Positions 63,650 to 64,000 of a stretch of 64,000 bases of DNA are shown here, piece after piece. This DNA is from Narcine bancroftii. Its lineage: Eukaryota. A program made the position numbers and the translations under genes. The notes under the pieces are model-generated. The model saw only the letters and a program-made list of their open reading frames with translations, searched no databases and was not told the DNA's origin. The stretch spans positions 482,546,001-482,610,000 of the forward strand of contig NC_091469.1 of the NCBI RefSeq assembly GCF_036971445.1, given 5' to 3'. The first letter of the stretch is position 1. Every line of letters begins with the position of its first letter.

Positions 63650-63824
63650 TTTCTTCTTTGGCTTGGCTTCGCGGACGAAGATTTATGGAGGGGGTAAAAA
63701 GTCCACGTCAGCTGCAGGCTCATTTGTGGCTGACAAGTCCGATGCGGAACAGGCAGACACAGTTGCAGCGGTTGCAGGGGAAAATTGGTTGGTTGGGGTT
63801 GGGTGTTGGGTTTTTCCTCCTTTG
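63650..63824 (-). mobile_element. Short RTE 3' end copy
   Basis: Highly similar to 38190-38352 (ctttggcttggcttcgcggacgaagatttatggaggg...). Confidence 0.85.
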
Positions 63825-64000
63825 CTATTTTTCACACTGCATGCAACTGATTTAGTTGTTGGAAATTATGGCTTTGTTGTCAGATGATGCGAAGAAAGCA
63901 GGGAGTCGACAGTGGGACTTAGGTTGGGAGAATGAGCAAAGAAATGACAGAAGGAATAGTGTGCAGAAGTGTACGATCATGCACTTTGGGAGAAGGACAA

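Overview
Vertebrate (non-prokaryotic) genomic DNA, most likely from a cartilaginous fish (inferred from the V-SINE/HE1-like SINEs, abundant CR1, Penelope-derived and Rex1 repeats). It holds a complete six-exon KLHL40 gene on the + strand (CDS 5150-24179, all introns GT-AG and in phase) and the last coding exon of ZBTB47 on the - strand (60570-60943), tail-to-tail. Most of the rest is nested transposable elements: a Gypsy 3' end with LTR, two solo LTRs with target-site duplications (TSDs), L1, CR1, Rex1, RTE, Penelope, and Tigger-like and hAT elements. Three things stand out, two of them at the KLHL40 5' end. (1) A ~2.3 kb minisatellite of ~50-bp units carrying a TGATTGAC (Pbx/Meis-like) motif ends ~50 bp before a combined MEF2/TATA site. 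(2) The BACK-Kelch linker is expanded into a ~174-aa Ala/Gln/Gly/Asp tandem repeat, and one extra G in that repeat breaks the frame as assembled. (3) A family of fold-back Penelope-derived elements carries hammerhead-ribozyme-like motifs. All calls are by eye; no database searches were run.
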